Shown: in pieces, positions 1 through 14,100 of the stretch | How positions within the stretch are numbered: position 1 is the stretch's first letter | Layout: each line of letters begins with the position of its first letter | Notes under the pieces: model-generated | Told to the model about the DNA's origin: nothing | Database searches by the model: none | What the model saw: the letters and a program-made list of their open reading frames with translations, nothing else | Position numbers and translations under genes: made by a program | From: Nemertoderma westbladi | Taxonomy: Eukaryota > Animalia > Xenacoelomorpha | Direction of reading: 5' to 3' | Length of the DNA: 64,000 nucleotides | NCBI GenBank assembly: GCA_032718475.1 | Contig: JAUCBJ010006938.1 | Location: 1-64,000 of the forward strand

Positions 1-724
1 GCTCTCAGTGAAGTGCTACCTATGGGACACTAAAACAGATAATTCTAATTTACCTAAGTTACTTAATACTACAAATTACTTACGATACGGGTGAGATTAA
101 ATCTCTAGTTAAACACAACAAAAATATTACGTACGAATTTTTAGGGTAATTTTACAGGAAGTCTACAAACCAGCCTAACAAAGGGTTAGAATTCTGGTTA
201 TTACAATGGACAGGGTACTACGGTATTTGAAAATAATAAGTAGTAGTAAATACACTGCGTTGTCCAGATAGGAAAATACCACCGCCTGACGACCTATAAC
301 CGTATCGCTATAGGTACTACGTTATGTATCACGGATTGTTCCTACCCAGAAGCTAATAGAGCTAACGAATGTGCCTATCAACCACTTTACAACACAAATA
401 TACTGCCTACACTAATTACTTCGGAAAGCACTGTACACTAAACCCTAAATTAGGTACAAGTACCGGTATAACAAATAATCAGTAGTTAAATATACTTGAA
501 CAGTTAAAAGAACCACGGCATCTGCTGGAGTGACCGAAGCACAAAGTCGTCAGTCTTTACCTACGCCAAGCAGCCCTGATGTAGTACCGGGGTTAGTTTA
601 ACTATAACGGTATGTATAACAAGCACAATTACTGTAGGAATAAACTTGGGGACATGAATGTTGCGAATAATCGCATAAACTCTGAATAATAAATATTACG
701 CTACCCGTACAGAATACTCAAACA

Positions 725-1250
725 AATACAAACCAAACGCTGGCAAACTACTATCAAGCCTAAAAAAACTACAGTATGTGCAGATTCTGAAACTGTTAGT
801 TAGTATGCGTTCTAACACGGTAGTACGACTTACTCTTTAAGAGGGGATTGACCTTACCGCTTATGGCTGCCCCAACTTACTAACGGCACTTGATCAGACC
901 AACTCTACACACGCAGCAATCCCTTCAGACCTAAAAATAGCTAGACAACAATCTAGCCTACAAAATATTTGAGTAATAACTATTACGGTACCTGAACAGA
1001 CCACACAAACAAACACAGACTAAAACACTGGCAGACTACGATCAAGCCTAAATAAACTACAGTATATGCAGATTCTGAAACTGTTAGTTAGTATGCGTTC
1101 TAACACAGTAGTACGACTTATTCTTTAAGAGGGGATTGACCTTCAGCATATGGCTGCCCCAACTTACTAACGGCACTTGATCAGACCAAATCTACACACG
1201 CCGTAATCTCTCCAAACTCAACAACAGTCAGACAGCAGCTCAGCCTACAA
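725..1250. repeat. Diverged tandem duplication, period about 288 bp
   Basis: ctggcaaactactatcaagcc...gcagattctgaaactgttagttagtatgcgttctaacac...ggctgccccaacttactaacggcacttgatcagacc at about 740-900 recurs at about 1028-1190. Confidence 0.85.
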
Positions 1251-2851
1251 TTATCTGAACAATCTGAGCAGGGTCACACGCCTTCTGCTCAATATTAGCC
1301 TACTAGTAAATAAAACCGACAGAAATAAGTAAACTATACAAAAGAATGAGGGGTGATCAATCCCTATTCCCCTGGCAGCCTACAATATACAATAGATCAC
1401 AATCGAAATAATACTAAATGTACTTGTACAGCAGTACCGGTACCGGTGATGACAGTTAGGCCTACTGACCTACAGAAGTACCGGTTTAACAGTTTTACCG
1501 GTCACTACGGTATTTTGCAACCTTATTGCTTACTGCAATAAGATCATAACTGTTACTGTTCGACAGAACAGTATTAAACTGTATTTAATGCTTACACTGC
1601 AATACAAAGTAACTGTTACTGTTCGCGCTTTTGAAGACCTTTAGCAGTTTAACCTGCCAAAATTTATATGTCTTTTAGTTAATTAACACACCTTTAGCAT
1701 ACGACAATATTTTATGCTAATAAACAAAACATTAGCCGAAGCCAGCCCATGCGCGATCATTCACCCGATGGATCTACACCCGGGAGGCTGAATTCGGATG
1801 CTTAGATTTTATTATTGCAGTGTAAGGTTGCAGTGTAAACCTATTGTATTATTCGATAGATCACTAATAATTAATTTCTGACAGATATTATTAACTTTCG
1901 GGAAATATTAACAGTTCCTTTAGGACGTGGCGCTCTATCTATTTAAACAGAGCTAGGACTTATACTAAACGCAACGATAAGGCTTATGATTAAAGTATAA
2001 GTCGCATTCTTTAGGAAATGCTTTGTTACCAGTCACATCACACTCACAATCATGCACACTATTCTGCCGACCGTCAGTATATTTGATCACACATAAAGAG
2101 AACAGCAATTGACTCAGGTAGTGTCTACTAAATAACATTAGATTCAATACACACCACATTGATATAAATCGCAATTGTTATATATAGCCCGCCTCTCTAA
2201 CCTGTAGTGTATCAAGAAAATTGGGAATTTGGGGTGATTTATCCGTATTCTCCAAAGAGCAATATTTCCATCAACAAATAGATACAATTAATAACTGACG
2301 GTAAATAGCAGTACAAACAATATGATTAGTGCAATTAAATTAAGTGAGGTAACACTGCCGGTAACAGTTATACTTTCTATAATCTAAGCAGTTTACTAGA
2401 GTTCTTCCCAAAAAGCCGGTGTTTCTGGCTTAGACAGCAATAACAACAAAGTATCAAGTAAGGCAGTAAGACTGAGCACTCTCCTTATGATCGGCCGAAA
2501 AGCTACACGTCGACAGGAAAAATCGCTCTGATTGGCTCAAGCCAAACAAAGAACTATGCGTCCAATGGCTGTTTCCATGTCAGCAACCAGCTGTTAGATG
2601 TCGTAATATGAATCATCACGGCTAAGCTGTGAAAGGTAGTTGGTGCATTGCAGGTTTTTTGCCTTACCATGTCCGCCAAAACACGTATATAGCAGAATGA
2701 TTTTTATGTCCGTTAAAACACCTGTAACGGTACCTTGCGGGCGAGGGGAATATATATACAGTTAGAGAACCTTTTTAGAGTATTCCAGCGCCTGGGGGAA
2801 ACTGGATTGCGAAGCAAAAGGGGCCAGTTATATCCCACAGAAGCTTTTACA

Positions 2852-3660
2852 ACCTCCGTCCCATTCGGAACTCCGTCCCATTCGGACCTCCGTCCCATTC
2901 GGACCTCCGTCCCACTCGGACCTCCGTCCCACTCGGACCTCCGTCCCACTGGGACCTCCGTCCCACTCGGACCTCCATCTCACTCGGAACTCCGTCCCAT
3001 TCGGACCTCCGTCCCATTCGGAACTCCGTCCCATTCGGACCTCCGTCCCATTCGGACCTCCGTCCCACTCGGACCTCCGTCCCACTCGGACCTCCGTCCC
3101 ACTCGGAACTCCGTCCGACTCGGACCTCCGTCCCATTCCGACCTCCGTCCCACTCGGAACTCCGTCCCATTCGGACCTCCGTCCCATTCGGACATCCGTC
3201 CCATATTCGGACCTCCGTCCCACTCGGACCTCCGTCCCATTCGGACCTCCGTTCCACTCAGAACTCCGTCCCATTCGGACCTCCGTCCCACTCGGACCTC
3301 CGTCCCATTCGGAACTCCGTCCCACTCGGAACTCCGTCCCACTCGGACCTCCGTCCCATTCGGAACTCCGTCCCACTCGGAACTCCGTCCCACTCGGACC
3401 TACGTCCCATTCTTCGGACCTCCGTCCCACTTGGACCTCCGTCCCATTCGGACCTCCGTCCCACTCGGACCTCCGTCCCACTCGGACATCCGTCCCACTC
3501 GGAACTCCGTCCGACTCGGACCTCCGTCCCATTCCGACCTCCGTCCCACTCGGAACTCCGTCCCATTCGGACCTCCGTCCCATTCGGACATCCGTCCCAT
3601 ATTCGGACCTCCGTCCCATTCGGACCTCGGTCCCACTCGGACCTCCGTCCCATTCGGAAC
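2852..3660. repeat. 17-bp GC-rich minisatellite (GGACCTCCGTCCCAYTC)n, about 47 copies
   Basis: Directly visible; accounts for all ORFs between 2713 and 3714. Confidence 0.97.
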
Positions 3661-4213
3661 TTCGTGGTACCCACCGCATCGCACCTCACTTACAGATAAT
3701 ATATGGTAAATCAAGGGAAAAATTATAAAGTTGTCCGTAGTAGATTATGTTGGCTTTAAATTTATCAATTAAAATTTCAAGTCGTTTCTCAAGGCGCCCC
3801 TCATATTTTTATATACTGTACAGGCCTGTTATGATAGGCCAATGTACTCAACAAATTCAAACTTTATAAATAATTTCTTTCACATTTTTACTGTTATCAG
3901 TATCACGCATGACAACGGGGTGGCATGTCAACAAGAAATTTTTAAAATCTGAATAATAATATAAAGAATAAAGAAATAATTTGTGGAGCCGAAAAAACCG
4001 AAACAAAATGGAAAGAGAAAGAAGCAACAAAGAAAACTAAACAAGGTTACTACATATCTACTGTATATGACATTGAATAGCAATTACATTGATTTAATTT
4101 AGATTGGATTTAGTTTAATTTATTATTTAACAGATGTAGCTCTATTAATCATGATTGTTTTATTTGCCTTTTGTAATGTCTTGTAATTTAAGGTCAAATT
4201 AGAAATAGCTCAC

Positions 4214-4318
4214 CCCAGCTGGTTTTAGGATTTCCTCTTTTTTCAATTTGTTGAGCAGCAATTTCATAATTTCAACACCTCCAAACTGAGCGGCGAAATG
4301 TATAGCGCTCCTCCCGTC
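4214..4318 (-). CDS. nompC: NOMPC/TRPN-like exon 3, ankyrin repeat 2 (DGRSAIHFAAQFGGVEIMKLLLNKLKKEEILKPAG)
   Basis: Acceptor ttattttttcag, 105 bp / 35 codons, donor gtgag, phase 0/0. Canonical ankyrin pattern G-x-S/T-A-L/I-H-x-A-A...G...I-M-K-L-L-L; continues exon 2 in frame. Later exons were not found in the window. Confidence 0.75.
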
Positions 4319-5544
4319 CTGAAAAAATAAACAATGATAATGTATAGCGCACCTCCCGTCCTAAAAAATAAACAATGATAAAATATAACGTAAGAAAAAA
4401 TTCAGATTTTATTGATTAAAAATGTGTCCCTTCAATTCTGCCAATTTCAAATGCTTGTTCTCAATCTGTATTTGGAAGGCCTAACTGTACTGTATGTGCA
4501 GTATAATAATAAGCCCATTGCGTGAGTGTGAGGCCGACAACTGCTGTAAATTTGGTATTCTGAAACGACTTACTGTCTGGTCCCCAGAGATACAATATTG
4601 CTGTACTGGCAGTCCTATACTGTAATATAGTGTTACTTACATGCCACACGGAGTACCGTGCTGCACAGCACACCTGGTACAGTGCAGGCCATTAGCATAT
4701 ACACTGTAGCAATATGCTAAGGAAATCGGTCATCATCTGTCATGGTTCCGATTCAACTGTCACGTAATTTTGTTAAATCTTATCGCTTTACAATATATTT
4801 GACACTGAAACTTTCAGTATAATTTACTTATCACGGAACTAAGTGATAGTGAAGGGGATTTGAAAAGTACAGTAGCGCAAGCAAAGCCAGTACTTTTCAT
4901 CCTACCTGTAAAACATTTGAAGGAATTCAAATTTTTCAATAATAACTAGTAATTATTGGCCTTTAGGCCCTACAGTGCAGCAAGGCAAAACGTACTGGTT
5001 GGGCGTACAGTCATCTTCATTACTTCATTCTAAGCATCTATAATCACCAATTAATGTAAATTATTATGTTACTGTGGCATGTACATGTAATTCTAACCCA
5101 AACAATTAACGGGAGTCATATCACATCTTACAGTTCTTATTTATATGGAGAAGATTTACCGCGGGCTAAGATTTCTACTACCTACTGTGATGTGTCCTGA
5201 ACTCATTACGCTACTGTAAAATGATGAGATCAATTAGCGTCATAAGTAAGACCTGAAAAAATCCAAAAAAACCTTGATGGGGAACTAGGTGTGTACTGTA
5301 AATAGTTCCCATAAACAATGTATGTACAGGTAGAGGCCTATACCGTTACAACAAGTACAGCAACATACTGTACCCAGTGCTCATAAATATTATATTTTAT
5401 GTTAATGTTTATAGATTTTGTTTAAGATTGTCGAGTACATGTTTTTAATCTTTTGGACAATGTCATGACTCAAATTCTTAAAAATTTCAAAGGTAGACAA
5501 TATACTGTAGTTTGATGAAAAAAGTGAAATTATCCGGATGGCAG

Positions 5545-7464
5545 ACCTACCTACCTACCTACCTACCTACCTACCTACCTACCTACCTACCTACCTACCT
5601 ACCTACCTACCTACCTACCTACCTACCTACCTACCTACCTACCTACCTACCTACCTACCTACCTACCTACCTACCTACCTACCTACCTACCTACCTACCT
5701 ACCTACCTACCTACCTACCTACCTACCTACCTACCTACCTACCTACCTACCTACCTACCTACCTACCTACCTACCTACCTACCTACCTACCTACCTACCT
5801 ACCTACCTACCTACCTACCTACCTACCTACCTACCTACCTACCTACCTACCTACCTACCTACCTACCTACCTACCTACCTACCTACCTACCTACCTACCT
5901 ACCTACCTACCTACCTACCTACCTACCTACCTACCTACCTACCTACCTACCTACCTACCTACCTACCTACCTACCTACCTACCTACCTACCTACCTACCT
6001 ACCTACCTACCTACCTACCTACCTACCTACCTACCTACCTACCTACCTACCTACCTACCTACCTACCTACCTACCTACCTACCTACCTACCTACCTACCT
6101 ACCTACCTACCTACCTACCTACCTACCTACCTACCTACCTACCTACCTACCTACCTACCTACCTACCTACCTACCTACCTACCTACCTACCTACCTACCT
6201 ACCTACCTACCTACCTACCTACCTACCTACCTACCTACCTACCTACCTACCTACCTACCTACCTACCTACCTACCTACCTACCTACCTACCTACCTACCT
6301 ACCTACCTACCTACCTACCTACCTACCTACCTACCTACCTACCTACCTACCTACCTACCTACCTACCTACCTACCTACCTACCTACCTACCTACCTACCT
6401 ACCTACCTACCTACCTACCTACCTACCTACCTACCTACCTACCTACCTACCTACCTACCTACCTACCTACCTACCTACCTACCTACCTACCTACCTACCT
6501 ACCTACCTACCTACCTACCTACCTACCTACCTACCTACCTACCTACCTACCTACCTACCTACCTACCTACCTACCTACCTACCTACCTACCTACCTACCT
6601 ACCTACCTACCTACCTACCTACCTACCTACCTACCTACCTACCTACCTACCTACCTACCTACCTACCTACCTACCTACCTACCTACCTACCTACCTACCT
6701 ACCTACCTACCTACCTACCTACCTACCTACCTACCTACCTACCTACCTACCTACCTACCTACCTACCTACCTACCTACCTACCTACCTACCTACCTACCT
6801 ACCTACCTACCTACCTACCTACCTACCTACCTACCTACCTACCTACCTACCTACCTACCTACCTACCTACCTACCTACCTACCTACCTACCTACCTACCT
6901 ACCTACCTACCTACCTACCTACCTACCTACCTACCTACCTACCTACCTACCTACCTACCTACCTACCTACCTACCTACCTACCTACCTACCTACCTACCT
7001 ACCTACCTACCTACCTACCTACCTACCTACCTACCTACCTACCTACCTACCTACCTACCTACCTACCTACCTACCTACCTACCTACCTACCTACCTACCT
7101 ACCTACCTACCTACCTACCTACCTACCTACCTACCTACCTACCTACCTACCTACCTACCTACCTACCTACCTACCTACCTACCTACCTACCTACCTACCT
7201 ACCTACCTACCTACCTACCTACCTACCTACCTACCTACCTACCTACCTACCTACCTACCTACCTACCTACCTACCTACCTACCTACCTACCTACCTACCT
7301 ACCTACCTACCTACCTACCTACCTACCTACCTACCTACCTACCTACCTACCTACCTACCTACCTACCTACCTACCTACCTACCTACCTACCTACCTACCT
7401 ACCTACCTACCTACCTACCTACCTACCTACCTACCTACCTACCTACCTACCTACCTACCTACCT
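5545..7464. repeat. Perfect (ACCT)n microsatellite, 1920 bp, about 480 units
   Basis: Uninterrupted tetranucleotide run; source of the PTYL-repeat ORFs. Confidence 0.99.
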
Positions 7465-8140
7465 CGAGAAATTACATTTATTTATAGCGCAGTGTTGTCC
7501 AAAGACCGATTGGAATGAGAGCTCCCTTTTGAGTGCTGTATCAATGCATCTATTGATGGTAGGACATTTTTAAAGTGTTTTACGATTCAATGTGCATTGC
7601 ATATTAAAAGTGAATGTTAGCATTTTAAGCTGGCTGTATAATTTTTAGCAGATTTTTCTAATTTGTAACATTAGATTTGGAATTTTTCAAGCTGGCAGCA
7701 CGTGCTTGCAGCTGGCATCTTTGTGCGGTATTGGTGTGGTAATGTATTATGGAAATGACTGCACGGGTGGTTGGTTTAAGATTAATAAAGGCCCAACTTG
7801 GAACAATAAATACAATAGGACAACCTACAGTAGTTTTTGTGGAATTCAATATAATACTTCTTAACCAATCAGCGGGGAGTCAATGTTTAATATCAGATGT
7901 CAATTTCTGCAGCAAACTTGGATTTCTTCAATAAATAACACAAATAGATAAATTAATAATATTATTAACTCGGAATTGAACGCTGTTTGATACGAGTCAG
8001 GAATGTCATCCAATAACGCCATACACATTGTAACGTACCGGTACAGTACGTATAGTTCCTCGTTCACATACATACAGTAGTTACTCTCTTAATAAATATC
8101 TGTCATAGTAATTAGTGTTTCTTACAGTCTGCGTAGTACA

Positions 8141-11100
8141 GTAGCAGTCTTAAATACAGTAAGTAAATAGCAGTCTTAAATACAGTAAGTAGCAGTCTTA
8201 AATACAGTGAGTAGCAGTCTTAAATACAGTAAGTAGCAGTCTTAAATACAGTAATTAGCAGTCTTAAATACAGTGAGTAGCAGTCTTAAATACAGTAAGT
8301 AGCAGTCTTAAATACAGTAAGTAGCAGTCTTAAATGCAGTAAGTAGCAGTCTTAAATACAGTAAGTGGCAGTCTTAAATACAGTGAGTAGCAGTCTTAAA
8401 TACAGTAAGTAGCAGTCTTAAATACAGTAAGTAAATAGCAGTCTTAAATACAGTAAGTAGCAGTCTTAAATACAGTAAGTAAATAGCAGTCTTAAATACA
8501 GTAAGTAGCAGTCTTAAATACAGTGAGTAGCAGTCTTAAATACAGTAAGTAGCAGTCTTAAATACAGTAAGTAGCAGTCTTAAATACAGTGAGTAGCAGT
8601 CTTAAATACAGTAAGTAGCAGTCTTAAATACAGTGAGTAGCAGTCTTAAAAATACAGTAAGTAGCAGTCTTAAATACAGTAAGTAGCAGTCTTAAATACA
8701 GTAAATAGCAGTCTTAAATACAGTAAGTAGCAGTCTTAAATACAGTAAGTAGCAGTCTTAAAAACAGTAAGTAGCAGTCTTAAATACAGTAAGTAGCAGT
8801 CTTAAATACAGTAAGTAGCAGTCTTAAATACAGTAAGTAGCAGTCTTACAGTAAGTAAATAGCAGTCTTAAATACAGTAAGTAGCAGTCTTAAATACAGT
8901 AAGTAGCAGTCTTAAATACAGTAAATAGCAGTCTTAAATACAGTAAGTAGCAGTCTTAAATACAGTAAGTAGCAGTCTTAAATACAGTAAGTAGCAGTCT
9001 TAAATACAGTAAGTAGCAGTCTTAAATACAGTAAGTAGCAGTCTTAAATACAGTAAATAGCAGTCTTAAATACAGTAAGTAGCAGTCTTAAATACAGTGA
9101 GTAGCAGTCTTAAATACAGTAAGTAGCAGTCTTAAATACAGTAAGTAGCAGTCTTAAATACAGTAAGTAGCAGTCTTAAATACAGTAAGTAGCAGTCTTA
9201 AACACAGTAAGTAAATAGCAGTCTTAAATACAGTAAGTAGCAGTCTTAAATACAGTAAGTAGCAGTCTTAAACACAGTAAGTAAATAGCAGTCTTAAATA
9301 CAGTAAGTAGCAGTCTTAAATACAGTAAGTAGCAGTCTTAAATACAGTAAGTAGCAGTCTTAAATACAGTGAGTAGCAGTCTTAAATACAGTAAGTAGCA
9401 GTCTTAAATACAGTAAGTAGCAGTCTTAAATACAGTGAGTAGCAGTCTTAAATACAGTAAGTAGCAGTCTTAAATACAGTAAGTAGCAGTCTTAAATACA
9501 GTAAGTAGCAGTCTGAAATACAGTAAGTAGCAGTCTTAAATACAGTAAGTAGCAGTCTTAAATACAGTAAGTAAATAGCAGTCTTAAATACAGTAAGTAG
9601 CAGTCTTAAATACAGTGAGTAGAAGTCTTAAATACAGTAAGTAGCAGTCTTAAATACAGTAAGTAGCAGTCTTAAATACAGTAAGTAAATAGCAGTCTTA
9701 TATACAGTAAATAGCAATCTTAAATACAGTAAGTAGCAGTCTTAAATACAGTAACTAGCAGTCTTAAATACAGTAAGTAGCAGTCTTAAATACAGTAAGT
9801 AGCAGTCTTAAATACAGTAAGTAGCAGTCTTAAATACAGTAAGTAGCAGTCTTAAATACAGTAAGTATCAGTCTTAAATACAATAAGTAGCAGTCTTAAA
9901 TACAGTAAGTAAAAAGCAGTCTTAAATACAGTAAGTAGTAGTCTTAAATGCAGTAAGTAGCAGTCTTAAATATAGTAAGTAAATAGCAGTCTTAAATACA
10001 GTAAGTAGCAGTCTTAAATACAGTAAGTAGCAGTCTTAAATACAGTAAGTAGCAGTCTTAAATACAGTAAGTATCAGTCTTAAATACAGTAAGTAGCAGT
10101 CTTAAATATAGTAAGTAAATAGCAGTCTTAAATACAGTAAGTATCAGTCTTAAATACAGTAAGTAGCAGTCTTAAATATAGTAAGTAAATAGCAGTCTTA
10201 AATGCAGTAAGTAGCAGTCTTAAATATAGTAAGTAAATAGCAGTCTTAAATACAGTAAGTAGCAGTCTTAAATACAGTAAGTAGCAGTCTTAAATACAGT
10301 AAGTAGCAGTCTTAAATACAGTAAGTATCAGTCTTAAATACAGTAAGTAGCAGTCTTAAATACAGTAAGTAAAAAGCAGTCTTAAATACAGTAAGTAGTA
10401 GTCTTAAATGCAGTAAGTAGCAGTCTTAAATACAGTAAGTAAATAGCAGTCTTAAATACAGTAAGTAGCAGTCTTAAATACAGTAAGTAAATAGCAGTCT
10501 TGAATACAGTAAGTAGCAGTCTTAAATACAGTAAGTAAGTAGCAGTCTTAAATATAGTAAGTAAATAGCAGTCTTAAATACAGTAAGTAGCAGTCTTAAA
10601 TACAGTAAGTAGCAGTCTTAAATACAGTAAGTAGCAGTCTTAAATACAGTAAGTAGCAGTCTTAAATACAGTAAGTAGCAGTCTTAAATACAGTAAGTAA
10701 ATAGCAGTCTTAAATACAGTAAATAGCAGTCTTAAATACAGTAAGTAGCAGTCTTAAATACAGTAAGTAGCAGTCTTAAATACAGTAAGTAGCAGTCTTA
10801 AATACAGTAAGTAGCAGTCTTAAATACAGTAAGTAGCAGTCTTAAATACAGTAAGTAAATAGCAGTCTTAAATACAGTAAGTAGTAGTCTTAAATACAGT
10901 AAGTAGCAGTCTTAAATATAGTAAGTAAATAGCAGTCTTAAATACAGTAAGTAGCAGTCTTAAATACAGTAAGTAGCAGTCTTAAATACAGTAAGTAAAT
11001 AGCAGTCTTAAATACAGTAAGTAGCAGTCTTAAATACAGTGAGTAGCAGTCTTAAATACAGTAAGTAGCAGTCTTAAATACAGTAAGTAAATAGCAGTCT

Positions 11101-14100
11101 TAAATACAGTAAGTAGCAGTCTTAAATACAGTAAGTAGCAGTCTTAAATACAGTAAGTAAATAGCAGTCTTAAATACAGTAAGTAGCAGTCTTAAATACA
11201 GTAAGTAAATAGCAGTCTTAAATACAGTAAGTAGCAGTCTTAAATACAGTAAGTAGCAGTCTTAAATACAGTAAGTAGCAGTCTTAAATACAGTAAGTAA
11301 ATAGCAGTCTTAAATACAGTAAGTAGCAGTCTTAAATACAGTGAGTAGCAGTCTTAAATACAGTGAGTAGCAGTCTTAAATACAGTAAGTAGCAGTCTTA
11401 AATACAGTAAGTAAATAGCAGTCTTAAATACAGTAAGTAGCAGTCTTAAATACAGTGAGTAGCAGTCTTAAATACAGTAAGTAAATAGCAGTCTTAAATA
11501 CAGTAAGTAGCAGTCTTAAATACAGTAAGTAGCAGTCTTAAATACAGTAAGTAAATAGCAGTCTTAAATACAGTAAGTAGCAGTCTTAAATACAGTAAGT
11601 AGCAGTCTTAAATACAGTAAGTAGCAGTCTTAAATACAGTAAGTAAATAGCAGTCTTAAATACAGTAAGTAGCAGTCTTAAATACAGTAAGTAGCAGTCT
11701 TAAATACAGTAAGTAGCAGTCTTAAATACAGTAAGTAGCAGTCTTAAATACAGTAAGTAAATAGCAGTCTTAAATACAGTAAGTAGCAGTCTTAAATACA
11801 GTGAGTAGCAGTCTTAAATACAGTAAGTAGCAGTCTTAAATACAGTAAGTAGCAGTCTTAAATACAGTGAGTAGCAGTCTTAAATACAGTAAGTAGCAGT
11901 CTTAAATACAGTAAGTAGCAGTCTTAAATACAGTAAGTAGCAGTCTTAAATACAGTAAGTAGCAGTCTTAAATACAGTAAGTAGCAGTCTTAAATACAGT
12001 AAGTAAATAGCAGTCTTAAATACAGTAAGTAGCAGTCTTAAATACAGTGAGTAGCAGTCTTAAATACAGTAAGTAGCAGTCTTAAATACAGTAAGTAGCA
12101 GTCTTAAATACAGTAAGTAAATAGCAGTCTTAAATACAGTAAGTAGCAGTCTTAAATACAGTAAGTAGCAGTCTTAAATACAGTAAGTAGCAGTCTTAAA
12201 TACAGTAAGTAGCAGTCTTAAATACAGTAAGTAGCAGTCTTAAATACAGTAAGTAGCAGTCTTAAATACAGTAAGTAAATAGCAGTCTTAAATACAGTAA
12301 GTAGCAGTCTTAAATACAGTAAGTAGCAGTCTTAAATACAGTAAGTAGCAGTCTTAAATACAGTAAGATAGCAGTCTTAAATACAGTAAGTAAATAGCAG
12401 TCTTAAATACAGTAAGTAGCAGTCTTAAATACAGTAAGTAAATAGCAGTCTTAAATACAGTAAGTAGCAGTCTTAAATACAGTAAGTAGCAGTCTTAAAT
12501 ACAGTAAGTAAATAGCAGTCTTAAATACAGTAAGTAGCAGTCTTAAATACAGTAAGTAGCAGTCTTAAATACAGTAAGTAGCAGTCTTAAATACAGTAAG
12601 TAGCAGTCTTAAATACAGTAAGTAGCAGTCTTAAATACAGTAAGTAGCAGTCTTAAATACAGTAAGTAGCAGTCTTAAATACAGTAAGTAGCAGTCTTAA
12701 ATACAGTAAGTAAGTAGCAGTCTTAAATACAGTAAGTAGCAGTCTTAAATACAGTAAGTAGCAGTCTTAAATACAGTAAGTAGCAGTCTTAAATACAGTA
12801 AGTAATAGCAGTCTTAAATACAGTAAGTAGCAGTCTTAAATACAGTAAGTAGCAGTCTTAAATACAGTAAGTAGCAGTCTTAAATACAGTAAGTAAATAG
12901 CAGTCTTAAATACAGTAAGTAGCAGTCTTAAATACAGTAAGTAGCAGTCTTAAATACAGTAAGTAGCAGTCTTAAATACAGTAAGTAGCAGTCTTAAATA
13001 CAGTAAGTAAATAGCAGTCTTAAATACAGTAAGTAGCAGTCTTAAATACAGTAAGTAGCAGTCTTAAATACAGTAAGTAGCAGTCTTAAATACAGTAAGT
13101 AAATAGCAGTCTTAAATACAGTAAGTAGCAGTCTTAAATACAGTAAGTAGCAGTCTTAAATACAGTAAGTAAATAGCAGTCTTAAATACAGTAAGTAATA
13201 GCAGTCTTAAATACAGTAAGTAGCAGTCTTAAATACAGTAAGTAGCAGTCTTAAATACAGTAAGTAGCAGTCTTAAATACAGTAAGTAAATAGCAGTCTT
13301 AAATACAGTAAGTAGCAGTCTTAAATACAGTAAGTAGCAGTCTTAAATACAGTAAGTAGCAGTCTTAAATACAGTAAGTAGCAGTCTTAAATACAGTAAG
13401 TAGCAGTCTTAAATACAGTAAGTAAATAGCAGTCTTAAATACAGTAAGTAGCAGTCTTAAATACAGTAAGTAAATAGCAGTCTTAAATACAGTAAGTAGC
13501 AGTCTTAAATACAGTAAGTAGCAGTCTTAAATACAGTAAGTAAATAGCAGTCTTAAATACAGTAAGTAGCAGTCTTAAATACAGTAAGTAGCAGTCTTAA
13601 ATACAGTAAGTAGCAGTCTTAAATACAGTAAGTAGCAGTCTTAAATACAGTAAGTAGCAGTCTTAAATACAGTAAGTAAATAGCAGTCTTAAATACAGTA
13701 AGTAGCAGTCTTAAATACAGTAAGTAGCAGTCTTAAATACAGTAAGTAGCAGTCTTAAATACAGTAAGTAATAGCAGTCTTAAATACAGTAAGTAGCAGT
13801 CTTAAATACAGTAAGTAGCAGTCTTAAATACAGTAAGTAGCAGTCTTAAATACAGTAAGTAAATAGCAGTCTTAAATACAGTAAGTAGCAGTCTTAAATA
13901 CAGTAAGTAGCAGTCTTAAATACAGTAAGTAGCAGTCTTAAATACAGTAAGTAGCAGTCTTAAATACAGTAAGTAGCAGTCTTAAATACAGTAAGTAAAT
14001 AGCAGTCTTAAATACAGTAAGTAGCAGTCTTAAATACAGTAAGTAGCAGTCTTAAATACAGTAAGTAGCAGTCTTAAATACAGTAAGTAGCAGTCTTAAA

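Noticed and set aside
2668-2721. Possible fourth TRPN exon (minus strand, cag...gtaagg)
   Set aside because: The phase-0 frame hits a stop immediately and the other frames are not ankyrin-like.
2713-3714. Pro/Ser-rich and Gly/Arg-rich repeat ORFs
   Set aside because: Open frames on both strands produced by a 17-bp minisatellite; no splice or codon evidence.
5512-7518. 668-aa and 649-aa PTYL-repeat ORFs
   Set aside because: Translation of the stop-free (ACCT)n microsatellite.
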